Shown in pieces: positions 36,167 to 45,471 of a stretch of DNA of 61,688 nt. The notes beneath the pieces were generated by a model, which ran no database searches, was not told the origin of the DNA, and saw only the letters and a list, made by a program, of their open reading frames with translations. Source of the DNA: a virus. Lineage: Duplodnaviria; Caudoviricetes. The first letter of the stretch is position 1. Every line of letters starts with the position of its first letter. Where the stretch lies: the IMG/VR virus record IMGVR_UViG_3300012894_000058, positions 1 through 61,688 of that record; one strand, given 5' to 3'. The translations under genes were made by a program, and so were the position numbers.

Positions 36167-36621
36167 GTTCTGAGCACCTCCTGTAGGTGGATTCGTAGTG
36201 CTCGGGTAGCCTCGTCGCCGCCGTCACGCACCGCGTGCTTGGGCTTCAAGGTCACCTGTCGGACGCGCACCCAGTTGCCGGTGCGCTCCGAGGTGTCGGT
36301 CGGGTTGTACAGGCGGAAGGTCAGCCAGCGCCCAGGGGCGGCCTTGATGACGGCACCGTACTCGTTGGCCCGCACCCCCGGCCCGGACACGCTCAGCTCA
36401 GCTCCACTGGGCGTGGCTGAGGCTCGAATGCTGGCGCGTGTCCCGCCCGTGCGGCTGGTGTAGTACCGCCCGCCTGGGCCGTCCTGGTAGGCGGCTTTCA
36501 GGTTCTTCTCGGCCTCTTTCGCCCAGACCGCGTTCAGCCGCTGACTGACCACCTGCGGATTCAGGCGGTCGAGGCTGGCCAGCATCGTGTCGATGCTGCC
36601 GGTGGTGCTCAGCTCGATCAC
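36163..36621 (-). CDS. Putative neck protein (HK97 gp10-like)
   Basis: RTGGTRASI, NEYGAVIK; GTG start overlapping upstream stop. Confidence 0.65.
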   Translation of the reverse strand: MIELSTTGSIDTMLASLDRLNPQVVSQRLNAVWAKEAEKNLKAAYQDGPGGRYYTSRTGGTRASIRASATPSGAELSVSGPGVRANEYGAVIKAAPGRWLTFRLYNPTDTSERTGNWVRVRQVTLKPKHAVRDGGDEATRALRIHLQEVLRT

Positions 36622-37334
36622 AGCGTGTGCTTCTCGTGCCACCAAGCATCGCCAGGACCGGCCGGTGTCACCACCGAATCGCCGGGCTGTGGCGCCGGGT
36701 CCGGTGTGGGATCGACGCCGACCTGTGGCGGTCCCTGCCAGCTCAGGCCCAGCACGTCGCCTAAGACGCCTCGCTGCACCGGTGGCACCACGTTGTACCG
36801 GTCGCCGTTCGAGGTCTTCACCTCGTCGCCGGGGTTGAGCAGCGCACCGGGCGGCAGGCTGAGACGATGGCTGTTGCCGGGAATGCTGACCAGGTCGTTC
36901 CCGCTCTCGATCTGCCCCGGCCGGGCACTCAGCGCCTCGATCCGGCCGAGCCACTGTGTGCCGTCGGCCAGCACGATCGGTTGCGGGAAGTACCGAGCGT
37001 CGACCTGACAGCAGGCATACAGCGCCTGCCCGCTCAGGTCATCCACGTCGGTCGGGAAGCCTAGGTGCAACGTGCCGCCCTCCCAGGCTACGGTGCTGCC
37101 GATGGCAGGAGCCTGGCTGTCCGGGTGGAACTCGACGGTGCGCAGCGCGGCCTTGTCCGGAGTGAGCACGATGTTCCCAGCCCGTTTGCCGGCTGAGGGA
37201 TCGATCACCACGAACTGACGTGCCACACCGTCGCTCCAGGTCAGCGTGTGCGGATAGAAGAACCCGCCGCCACTGACCAGGCCCGCCCGGAACTGGAGCT
37301 GATCAGCCGTCATCTCCTGCGAGAGATCAAGCAT
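36618..37334 (-). CDS. Putative head closure protein
   Basis: 238 aa; synteny. Confidence 0.55.
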   Translation of the reverse strand: MLDLSQEMTADQLQFRAGLVSGGGFFYPHTLTWSDGVARQFVVIDPSAGKRAGNIVLTPDKAALRTVEFHPDSQAPAIGSTVAWEGGTLHLGFPTDVDDLSGQALYACCQVDARYFPQPIVLADGTQWLGRIEALSARPGQIESGNDLVSIPGNSHRLSLPPGALLNPGDEVKTSNGDRYNVVPPVQRGVLGDVLGLSWQGPPQVGVDPTPDPAPQPGDSVVTPAGPGDAWWHEKHTL

Positions 37335-37708
37335 CAGAAGCCCATTTCGACACTGACCGCCACGCTCTGGGCACGCGCCGTCGTGACGGGCGTGAGGCTG
37401 GACGCCCGCAGCAGCCCGGCCTGCTCAATGCGCAGGTGTTCGAGCTTGGTGGCAAGATCCTGGCGCTGACTCGCGCCAGTCGCCGACTTCTGTTCCTCGG
37501 CTTGCCGAAGCACCTGCCGGATCTGGGCGCCGACTAGGATGTACCGCGCCCCCGCCTCGCGCTGAGCATCCGTGACGTCCGCTGGCCGGGCCAGTGCCGC
37601 CGTCACGATGGAGGCCAGTCGCAGCGTGAACTGATTTTGCGTGTCGCCTAGGTCGGCAGGCCGATAGTCGAGGCTCAGCGTGTCAGTGAGCTGCTGGGGA
37701 GTCTGCAT
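37334..37708 (-). CDS. Putative head-tail connector
   Basis: 124 aa helical; GAGGTG RBS; synteny. Confidence 0.6.
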   Translation of the reverse strand: MQTPQQLTDTLSLDYRPADLGDTQNQFTLRLASIVTAALARPADVTDAQREAGARYILVGAQIRQVLRQAEEQKSATGASQRQDLATKLEHLRIEQAGLLRASSLTPVTTARAQSVAVSVEMGF

Positions 37709-37731
37709 GATTCACCTCGTTCAGGCTGTGC

Positions 37732-38328
37732 TCAGACCCCGTGCTCGGCAGCCAACGCCAGCAGGCCGTCACGGCGCAGGGAGGCGTCGTAGGTCACGCC
37801 CTTCCCGTCAAGCGCGGCCTTCAGCTCAGCCTTGGTGCGCTGATCGGTGTCGCCAGGCGCAGGCGTCTCAGGGTCGGAGGTGGCTGCCTGGGCTGTCGCC
37901 AGTTGTGCCTGCAGGTCGCTGATCTGAGTGCGGAAGGCGTTCGCATCATTCGCGGCGGCATCGCGGTAGCCGGTCATGGTCGTCAGCTGCTGCTTCAGGT
38001 CATCACGCTCGGTCTGCCACTTGGCCGTCTTGCTCTCCAGCTCCGCCTTGACCTCGCCGAGCTGGCCGGTGAGCAGGTCTCGCGCCTCGGTGAGCCGCCC
38101 AATTTCCTCGCTCTTGCCCTGCTCACGGCCCAGGGCCTCGTTGCGCTCAGTCGTGACCTCGGCCAGCTGCAGCGCCTGGGTCTGGCTGTCCTGCACCACG
38201 CGGTTGTACTCGTCACGGCTGACCGTATCGGCCACCGCAGGCTTGGCCTGGTTGAGCAAGGTGCCGTCTTCGTGGACTGGCTGACCCTTCTCGTTGACAA
38301 AGCCGCCGTCCTGCCAGAAGACGCTCAC
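37732..38328 (-). CDS. Coiled-coil protein with HeH/Rho-N-like C-terminus
   Basis: Heptad region; TKAELKAALDGKGVTYDASLRRDGLLAL. Confidence 0.7.
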   Translation of the reverse strand: MSVFWQDGGFVNEKGQPVHEDGTLLNQAKPAVADTVSRDEYNRVVQDSQTQALQLAEVTTERNEALGREQGKSEEIGRLTEARDLLTGQLGEVKAELESKTAKWQTERDDLKQQLTTMTGYRDAAANDANAFRTQISDLQAQLATAQAATSDPETPAPGDTDQRTKAELKAALDGKGVTYDASLRRDGLLALAAEHGV

Positions 38329-39467
38329 AGGAAGCTCGCGTCTTCAGCGGGAGGAGCGACGTAGGTGGCGACCGTAGCACCGGCCGGGCGAGGCCCGAAG
38401 TACAGCGCTGCGCCACCAGCACGATTGCTGACACCGAACCCGAAGGAATCTTCCACGTACTGTGCGAACAGGTTCACGACGCCGTTCATCCCCTTGATGC
38501 GCAGACCCTGAAGCATCGGGATCTTGCTGATGCGGCGCTTGATGACCTTCGGCCCGTTCAGGTTCAGGCACAGCGCGTAGTTCTGGAGCGCCCAGGGCTT
38601 GATGAAAACCGGGTAGCCACCAGCGGTGTATCCGATGAACTTGTCATCAGTCCGGGTGTTGTCGAGGTTGTCGAGTGCAACCGCGCCAGTCAACGGGTTG
38701 ATGACCTGGGCGACCGTGGCCGCCACGAAGTTCGCCATCGCCCGGAACTTCGACGCGTCCACCTGATTGATGTAGATCACGATGTTGTTGCCGGTGCTGT
38801 GCTCGCCGACGTTGTTCGCCAGCGTGTCGAGATCACTGGCCGTCAGGTTATCCACGGCGGTGTAGTGGGTGTGGGTCCCGTCGAACGACTGCCCGCTCGG
38901 GCCGACGTTCGGGATCTCGCCGTCGCCGTTGTAGAGCGGCATCACGTATTGACCGGTCAGGATCTGGTATCCCGTCGCCACATCCACGTACTCACGCAGG
39001 ACGCGCTGCACGGGCGTGTACAGAGCGGCAGCCAGGGCGATGCGCACCTCGTTGGTGTGGGCGAGCTGAATGCTGTCCATCTGCGTGACCATGGTGCCGA
39101 TGCTGGCCGCTGCCATGAAGTCCTCGGTCCAGCCAGTGGCGTCCTGAAAGCGGTCGAGCGGGAAGCCGCGCCCGTAGTTCTTACCCGCCTTCTGGGTGCG
39201 GGCGAGGCCGTACTCGTCGACCGGAGCCATGCGGCGGTTGATGGTGCCGGGCGAGGCTTCGGTGCGCTCGGTGGTGGTCTCGGTCAGTGTGGCCAGCGAG
39301 CTGTTCAGGCTGTAGTTGTACGCGCCGAGCTGCTGGCTGACCACGGCGAGCGCGTTGTTCAGGCCGAAGGTGTAGATGCTGAGGCCGTTGGCGCGCAGGT
39401 CTTGCAGGCTCAGGACACCGGTCTGCCGGGCCTTGATCTGCGGGACGATGATTCTGGGTTTCGTCAT
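38325..39467 (-). CDS. Major capsid protein
   Basis: 380 aa from MTKPRII, AGGAG RBS; follows scaffold and decoration genes. Confidence 0.8.
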   Translation of the reverse strand: MTKPRIIVPQIKARQTGVLSLQDLRANGLSIYTFGLNNALAVVSQQLGAYNYSLNSSLATLTETTTERTEASPGTINRRMAPVDEYGLARTQKAGKNYGRGFPLDRFQDATGWTEDFMAAASIGTMVTQMDSIQLAHTNEVRIALAAALYTPVQRVLREYVDVATGYQILTGQYVMPLYNGDGEIPNVGPSGQSFDGTHTHYTAVDNLTASDLDTLANNVGEHSTGNNIVIYINQVDASKFRAMANFVAATVAQVINPLTGAVALDNLDNTRTDDKFIGYTAGGYPVFIKPWALQNYALCLNLNGPKVIKRRISKIPMLQGLRIKGMNGVVNLFAQYVEDSFGFGVSNRAGGAALYFGPRPAGATVATYVAPPAEDASFL

Positions 39468-39504
39468 TTCATGCTCCTGTAGAGGGGGCTGGAGTTGCCG
39501 GAGA

Positions 39505-39891
39505 TCAGAGGGCGGTGAGGCCGAGCGCGATGATCGCCAAGTCGAACCGACTGACCGGGCGGAACACCTTGGTGGTGGCCCCATCGTCGAACGTGCCGAC
39601 CGTCGAGGCCAGGCCGTAGAGCTTGCTGCCGTCGAGCGTGGTGTCGGTGGCACGGAAGCGGACACCGGTGCCGAAGACCGTGACCGGCTGACCGGCATAG
39701 GTCTGGCGCGGGCTGCTCACGCCATCGAACTTCTGCCCGGCGATGGCCGGGAACACCCGGAAGTCGCTGGAGATGGTGACAGGCGTGCAGGGCGCGAGGT
39801 CCGCACCGGCGCGGAGGCCAGCGATGTTGAACGACCGCTGGGCGGCAGTGCCGTCGATATCGGCGGTGGGGCTGAGGGTGAACTGTGTCAT
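39505..39891 (-). CDS. Putative head decoration protein
   Basis: 128 aa between scaffold and capsid; AAGGAG RBS. Confidence 0.65.
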   Translation of the reverse strand: MTQFTLSPTADIDGTAAQRSFNIAGLRAGADLAPCTPVTISSDFRVFPAIAGQKFDGVSSPRQTYAGQPVTVFGTGVRFRATDTTLDGSKLYGLASTVGTFDDGATTKVFRPVSRFDLAIIALGLTAL

Positions 39892-39914
39892 CTGTACGTC
39901 TCCTTAAAGTGGAT

Positions 39915-40721
39915 TTAGATGCTTCCAGCGCCGCCGACCAGCTGCTGACCTGGCGTGCCGCTGAGCTTCACGCCGCCGCCGACGTTCGACTCGCTGGCCC
40001 GCTGATTCGGCAGGCTGGGCGAGGTGAATGTCGGCTGCTGGTTGGGGTTCTGCTGTTCCTGCTGCTGGGTCTCGGTCTTCTTCAGGCTGGCCTCGAAGCC
40101 CTTCACGTCCGGGTGCTGATTCAGCGCCGTGAACGCGGTTTCCTTACCGGCCGCGTCGAGCGTGGGGATTCCCCAGGTCTCGACTTCCTTCTCCTGCCCG
40201 TCTTCGCCGGTCACCTTGACGCTGCGCTTGACCGGCAGGCCCTGTTCGTCACGAAGAATCTTCGTGAGCCTGCCTGCGTCGTACCCGAGCGCGTCGGCTG
40301 CATCGCGGTAGGCCAGTTCACGCTTGAGCTTGATGCCTTCCGCGCCGCCCTCGGCGTCCTTGCGCAGCTGAGCCACCTGTTCAGCGACTTTGGCCGGGTC
40401 CAGTCCGGCCTTCTTCAACGCGGCGGTGAGCTGCTCGTTGGTCACTCCGGCCTCACTGAGGGTCCGGTATGCGGCCTGAGCGGCGTCGGATGCCGCGTCA
40501 GCGTCTTCAGGCGCAACAGGCAGCTTGAGCGCCTCGACCAATTTGGTGTAGGCGCGCTGGAAGGCGCGGGCACCGCTGTTCTGCCCCTCGCGCTGCACCA
40601 CGTCCCGCTGAGCGGCGTTGAGTGCTGCAGTGGCGTCCCCATCATGGGCGGCCAGATACTCAGCGACGGACTTGGCGAGGGCGAGGTGCAGGTAGACGGT
40701 AATGCGGCGGTTCTGGGTCAT
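39915..40721 (-). CDS. Putative scaffold protein
   Basis: Ala/Glu/Lys helical with low-complexity tail; after portal. Confidence 0.7.
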   Translation of the reverse strand: MTQNRRITVYLHLALAKSVAEYLAAHDGDATAALNAAQRDVVQREGQNSGARAFQRAYTKLVEALKLPVAPEDADAASDAAQAAYRTLSEAGVTNEQLTAALKKAGLDPAKVAEQVAQLRKDAEGGAEGIKLKRELAYRDAADALGYDAGRLTKILRDEQGLPVKRSVKVTGEDGQEKEVETWGIPTLDAAGKETAFTALNQHPDVKGFEASLKKTETQQQEQQNPNQQPTFTSPSLPNQRASESNVGGGVKLSGTPGQQLVGGAGSI

Positions 40722-40871
40722 GGTGATACTCCCCCGGCCCGACTCGGGCAGCGGTTTAAGCCGGATCACTGTCCGGGCAGAAGGTGGACGCCTGCCAGTG
40801 GCGGGCGCAGTCGGGGCCGGGCTTACCAGCCGAGCGGGAAACTTTCCCAGTCCGGTGTGCCAGCCGTACGG

Positions 40872-42557
40872 TCAGGTGTTTGTGGCGGCCTGCTGATCTT
40901 CTGTAGGCGACGGTGCAACCGCCGGTTCAGGCGGCGCGTTCTCGTCGGCGATGCGGGCATCCTCTGCGGCCTGGTCGGATACGCCGGTGGTGCTCTGGAG
41001 GCGCTGACGACTCCAGACCTTCGCCTGCATCAAGGACAGTCCAGCGGCGATAGCCTCGGGGCTAGGATCGAATACTTGCTGGCGACAAGTCACGCTGGCC
41101 CGCAGGCTCCGGTACTTGCCCGGCTGACCCTGCACCATCGCGCTGATCTCGAGCGCGAACTCGATCAACTCCCGGATCAGGTGCTCGACGGCCGTGGCGT
41201 AGCGTGCGGTGGCCCGCAAGAAGCTGCCGGTGGCCACTTCTCTGCTTCGGCCGCTCGCCGTGGCCTTGTCATCCATCAGCACGAAGCGCTGCCGGAGGGC
41301 CGAGTAGATGTTGCTCTCAGCGATGTTGATGGCCGCCTGGATGGCCTTCGGGTCGGCCGGGTCGATCTTGCCGTAGCTCGCACCCCGGTAGGGCGTCTCT
41401 TCGACGATCTCGACCGGCTGCCCGTTCGGGCCGGTGCTGCGGGTGATGGTGGTGGTCACGCTCGGCTGGTAGAACATCTGCGTTCCGGGCCCGGCCTGCA
41501 CCGTCTGCTCAGGAATGCCCGGAACCACCGTGCCATCGGAGAGCACGCTCGGTTCGGTGCCCCCGGTGGTTGGCGGGTCGATACCGATGCCGTAAATCTG
41601 GGCAAAGCCCGCGAAGTGGGTGTTACGGCTGAGCAAGGTCTGCGCCACGTTCAGGGCGTCCTGGTTGCTCAGCACGTCCCGGGTCACGGCACCGCGCGGG
41701 AACTTCAGCTCGAACAGCCAGAGCCGCCCGCCCAGGTCCATCGGGTCAGACGGTTTGCGCTCGGCGATCTCCTGCCCACCGATGCTCAGAGTGGCCAGCA
41801 CCGTCTTACCGTTTTCGTCGACGTGCGTGACTTCCCACTCAGTTTTCAGGTCGTTCGAAGAGCGATAGATCACCTGCGTGACACCGATCCGCTCCAGGCT
41901 CTCGGGATCGGTGTACACCCCGCTCGTGCCCACGTCCGGTAGGACCAGGTGCAGCGGTTCCAGCGACTTCAAAGGGTCGGTGATCAACTTCAGCTTGCCA
42001 CTGGCATCCTTATAGCGCTGCGGAATCCGGGGCCGGACAGCGGCGCGGCCGTGCGCGATGGCCGAGACCAGCAGGTTTTGCAGGGTGGTCGGCAGGTCGC
42101 GTTGGTCCCACCAGGCGGTGATGATCGCCTCGGCCTCATCGAGCAGCGCCTGCTCTTCTTTGGGAAGCGGCTTGGTCTCGTCGCCGCTGTCCTGATCGCT
42201 CACCAGTGCCCAGTCGGCCTCGTCGGCACCCACTCCATCGGCCAGGAACTCCACGCCCTCGAGCGTGATGTTCCGGGAGTTGAACGACTTGACCAGCGCT
42301 TTCTGCATCTCGCCGTAGCGTTTGTGCCCTTGCGGCACCATCGGCCCCACCCAATAGAGCGTGCCGCTCCCGTCGATCTCGGGGCCTTCCTGTCCAGGGA
42401 CGGGCAGCTGAGGCATTCCGAGAAGTGGCAGGCCTGCTGACCTGGGGCCGAGCTGATACCCGGCAAGGTAGTCGCTGATGCGCTCGGTGAGCGGGCTGTT
42501 GAACGTGCCGAGGGCGTAGGTCAGTTCGACCAGATTGGGATTGTTGGGGTCGAGCAC
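40872..42557 (-). CDS. Portal protein
   Basis: 561 aa after terminase; ASGRSRE and C-terminal EDARIADE typical of SPP1-like portals. Confidence 0.8.
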   Translation of the reverse strand: MLDPNNPNLVELTYALGTFNSPLTERISDYLAGYQLGPRSAGLPLLGMPQLPVPGQEGPEIDGSGTLYWVGPMVPQGHKRYGEMQKALVKSFNSRNITLEGVEFLADGVGADEADWALVSDQDSGDETKPLPKEEQALLDEAEAIITAWWDQRDLPTTLQNLLVSAIAHGRAAVRPRIPQRYKDASGKLKLITDPLKSLEPLHLVLPDVGTSGVYTDPESLERIGVTQVIYRSSNDLKTEWEVTHVDENGKTVLATLSIGGQEIAERKPSDPMDLGGRLWLFELKFPRGAVTRDVLSNQDALNVAQTLLSRNTHFAGFAQIYGIGIDPPTTGGTEPSVLSDGTVVPGIPEQTVQAGPGTQMFYQPSVTTTITRSTGPNGQPVEIVEETPYRGASYGKIDPADPKAIQAAINIAESNIYSALRQRFVLMDDKATASGRSREVATGSFLRATARYATAVEHLIRELIEFALEISAMVQGQPGKYRSLRASVTCRQQVFDPSPEAIAAGLSLMQAKVWSRQRLQSTTGVSDQAAEDARIADENAPPEPAVAPSPTEDQQAATNT

Positions 42558-43012
42558 CGCATCACCTCCTCGGGGGTCAGTTCGGTCAGGGTCAGGTCGC
42601 GGGCCATCGCCCAGACGCGCAGGCGATCACCGGTCACGATCGGGTAGTAGACGTGGGTCTGGACGGGCTCCATCTGCGGGAACATCTCGCAGGCGGCGCT
42701 GCGCCAGTCGGTGAGGTCTTCGTCGCTGTACTCGCTGGGCGTGCCGACCGGGTGCGAGTGCCAGAAACCGAGGTAGCGCAGGCCGGATTCGTTCAGCTCA
42801 CGCTCGTGCAGCGGATCCTGCAGGGCGAAGAGGCCAGGAAGTCGGATGTCGAGCGGGCCGGGTCGGGTGAAGGTCATGACATACGCCGAGTGAAGGCCGG
42901 TCAGGAAGCCCAGCAGCAGACCGCCCTGTTCGAGCTGTTCCATGCCCATGCTGGCCAGATCGGGCGGAACGGTCAGGCCCAGGTGGCCGAGGGTGTTGGC
43001 GCTGAATCTCAT
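42521..43012 (-). CDS. JAB/MPN+ metalloprotease (Prok-JAB, Cap3-like)
   Basis: EQGGLLLG, TRPGPLD.R, YLGFWHSHP.....YSDED...W; ATGA overlap with terL. Confidence 0.85.
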   Translation of the reverse strand: MRFSANTLGHLGLTVPPDLASMGMEQLEQGGLLLGFLTGLHSAYVMTFTRPGPLDIRLPGLFALQDPLHERELNESGLRYLGFWHSHPVGTPSEYSDEDLTDWRSAACEMFPQMEPVQTHVYYPIVTGDRLRVWAMARDLTLTELTPEEVMRCSTPTIPIWSN

Positions 43013-44370
43013 CCCTCCACACTCCGGCGGCGGACGGTCGTGACAGTGGTCGGGATGGTCTCGGGCTGCAGCATCAGTTCCGTCAGGGCCCACACTGCCG
43101 CGTCCATCCGGTCGGGTGACTTCTCGCCTGGCACCCAGGTGGCCATCTGGCCTTCGAGGTCCTTGAACACCCCAACGTGCTGCACCTTCATCTGCACGTA
43201 CAGCGAACTGATCGGCTCAGCTCGCGTCTGCTTACCCCGGCTGGCCCAGACGGTGATGACGTTTGCCGTCTTGTCGATCGTGCGAATGGTGTTCTCCACC
43301 ATGTCGCCGCCGTTGTTCCGTTCTGGCACGATCGCGTCGGCTCGGTAGTACTTGTAGGCGTCGAGCGCCACAGTGGCCCACTCGGTGGGGCTGTAGTTGC
43401 CGCTTAAGTCGGCCAGGATGTACGCCCGGCCAAGTGCGTCCCTGCCCGCCACCACGATGCCGGTCTCGGCGCTGTCGTCACTCTGGCTGGCCTGCGGGTC
43501 GATGGCGACCACGATCCTCACCAGGTCGGGCAGCTGTTCGAAGGTGGTGCGGAAACCCTCGCGGTTGAACATGGCGTATTGCCATAACGCGCCGGGCGTG
43601 TCCTCGAGCAGCTCACCATCCAGCTCCTGCCGACCGAGGCGCGTGCCTTCGTACTTGCTGATGACGTTGCGCTTGAAGGTGCTGGAGAGGTTGTCGAGGT
43701 TGTCGGCCGTCTTGCCCCCAGTCAGCACCGTGCTCTCTTCTTTGCGCAGCTCGCGGATCAGCCGCACCGGCCTGGGCGTGCCGGTGAGGATCACGCGCGG
43801 ATCTCTGCCGAGGCGCAGCCCGAACAGCAGGTTGGTCCAGGTGGTGTCCTCTGCCGTTCCTTTATCGGCGTCATTCCAGGTGGCCGGTTCATCACCCCAG
43901 GCACCATGGTGCTGTGGTCCTCGGAGCTTGCGAGGCTTCTCACTGGAGTAGATCTTGAAGCGCGCGCCGTTCTTGAGGAACAGTTCGCCGAGGCTTCGAT
44001 TCCAGGCCAGCTCGACGCTACCTCCTCTCAGCTCGCTCTCGTCGAGCACGCCGAGCAGACCGGACTCGCCTTCGACCATCACGTCTCGCCCGTCGGCAGC
44101 GGTCTGTGCCACCAGAGCGAAGCGGCCCCGTGGGGTGGTGCGGGCCCAGTCAGCGATGGTCTCGGCTCCGGTTCTCGTCTTGCCGAAGCCTCGCCCGGCC
44201 AGGATCAGCCACGTCAGCCACTCGCCTTCCGGTGGGAGCTGGTTGGGTCTGGCGGTTTCCAGCCAGCGCATCCGGGCGCTGAGGCCGTGACGCTTGGGCG
44301 GTGGACGGCGGGGGGTGATCCTAGCGGCTCGCCGCTGCGTCGCCTTGATCCGGCTCACCATCTCCAGCAT
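43009..44370 (-). CDS. terL: Terminase large subunit
   Basis: Walker A GRGFGKT, AWGDE, TGTP, VVAIDP, SPDRMDA. Confidence 0.95.
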   Translation of the reverse strand: MLEMVSRIKATQRRAARITPRRPPPKRHGLSARMRWLETARPNQLPPEGEWLTWLILAGRGFGKTRTGAETIADWARTTPRGRFALVAQTAADGRDVMVEGESGLLGVLDESELRGGSVELAWNRSLGELFLKNGARFKIYSSEKPRKLRGPQHHGAWGDEPATWNDADKGTAEDTTWTNLLFGLRLGRDPRVILTGTPRPVRLIRELRKEESTVLTGGKTADNLDNLSSTFKRNVISKYEGTRLGRQELDGELLEDTPGALWQYAMFNREGFRTTFEQLPDLVRIVVAIDPQASQSDDSAETGIVVAGRDALGRAYILADLSGNYSPTEWATVALDAYKYYRADAIVPERNNGGDMVENTIRTIDKTANVITVWASRGKQTRAEPISSLYVQMKVQHVGVFKDLEGQMATWVPGEKSPDRMDAAVWALTELMLQPETIPTTVTTVRRRSVEG

Positions 44371-44749
44371 CGGTCACCTCCCCATTGGCACTGCCGAGTA
44401 CTTCGCGGGTCAGGGCGATCTCGCTCAGCACCTTGATCGCTCCGGTCACGGCGCTGATGTTCTCGGCGGTCGAGCCGGGCAGCTCAGTGACCATGGTTCC
44501 GAGCTTGCGGATTAGGCCGGTCAGGCTGGTGTTGAGTTCGTCGGCCCAGTTCTGGGTGGTGATCAGCCTGGAAAGTTGGGCGTAGAGGCCGGAAAGCTCG
44601 GTGTCGGTGTCGAGGGCGGCGCGGTAGTTGCGCAGCGTCCTGTCGGTGATTTTGTGGGTTTCGCAAGCTTTCCGGTCGCCGTGGAGGGCGGCATCCACCA
44701 GAACGCGGGCGGCCTTGTGGTTGTCTCGTCTTGGGGATGCCATGCTCAC
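44321..44749 (-). CDS. terS: Terminase small subunit
   Basis: HTH-like (KITDRTLRNYR) directly upstream of terL. Confidence 0.7.
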   Translation of the reverse strand: MSMASPRRDNHKAARVLVDAALHGDRKACETHKITDRTLRNYRAALDTDTELSGLYAQLSRLITTQNWADELNTSLTGLIRKLGTMVTELPGSTAENISAVTGAIKVLSEIALTREVLGSANGEVTDAGDGEPDQGDAAASR

Positions 44750-44763
44750 CTCCTCGGTGCATG

Positions 44764-44784
44764 AAAAAACCCGCCGAAGCGGGT
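44764..44784 (-). terminator. Intrinsic terminator upstream of terS
   Basis: Minus strand ACCCGCTTCGGCGGG-TTTTTT. Confidence 0.7.
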
Positions 44785-44802
44785 GATGAAAGCTCTACTG
44801 GC

Positions 44803-45051
44803 TCAGAGCATATTGATTATTTCTACAACCATTTCTTTCGCCTTTTCAATATTTCCTACCCTACGTGTGATCTCAACACCAGACTTCATCAGAAGAATCA
44901 ATTCCGTGGTGCGCAATCCCACGGCCCCAGCCACATCGTTCATCACTGCTTTTGCGCTCACGGCGGCGATTTCATCTAGCAGAACATACTGTCCATCCGA
45001 AATCTTGAGGAGTTTTCCGTGACGTGTTGTATCAAATGTTTCTAGGGCCAT
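44803..45051 (-). CDS. Small AT-rich hypothetical protein
   Basis: 82 aa; TAGGCT 6 nt before ATG. Confidence 0.65.
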   Translation of the reverse strand: MALETFDTTRHGKLLKISDGQYVLLDEIAAVSAKAVMNDVAGAVGLRTTELILLMKSGVEITRRVGNIEKAKEMVVEIINML

Positions 45052-45072
45052 ACCTCTAGCCTACTATCACCG

Positions 45073-45091
45073 TGTCAACCAGTGGTTGACA
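45073..45091. promoter_or_regulatory. Palindrome, copy 4 (19 bp), between divergent genes
   Basis: TGTCAACCA-G-TGGTTGACA. Confidence 0.7.
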
Positions 45092-45132
45092 TTTGGCGCA
45101 ACAAATTGTTGGAAGGTCAGCTAGGCTGAGGC

Positions 45133-45384
45133 ATGTTTCCAAGTAATGAGCTGATCAATGGCGAGCAACTGGTCTACGTAGCAGTTTATGGCTCAACTAT
45201 CGAGAATGCTCAGGATGCGTTACCGAAGGCTATTGCCGAGGCTGTTCGCAACCGCATGAATGTCATGAATGGTGCTGATCTCGTGGATGTCACCGTGACG
45301 GGATTAAGTGGGCCGACACCACACCCCAGCCAGATAGGCGTACTTGTGACGCTCAGAACGCGTGCCAAATCCAGTTCCGTTTGA
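45133..45384 (+). CDS. Small hypothetical protein
   Basis: 83 aa; TAGGCT 5 nt before ATG. Confidence 0.6.
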   Translation: MFPSNELINGEQLVYVAVYGSTIENAQDALPKAIAEAVRNRMNVMNGADLVDVTVTGLSGPTPHPSQIGVLVTLRTRAKSSSV

Positions 45385-45471
45385 GGCAGTAGGTTTTAAA
45401 CAGCACGCGAAAAGCGCTTCCATCACTGGGGGCGCTGCTGTTTTCTACTCTGGGTACACTTCTGAACTGTT

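Noticed and set aside
39885-41942. 685-aa plus-strand ORF and similar long antisense ORFs
   Set aside because: Shadows of scaffold, portal and other minus-strand genes
42521-43012. CBASS or Bil operon
   Set aside because: Only the JAB gene is present; no cyclase, E1/E2, Ubl or effector
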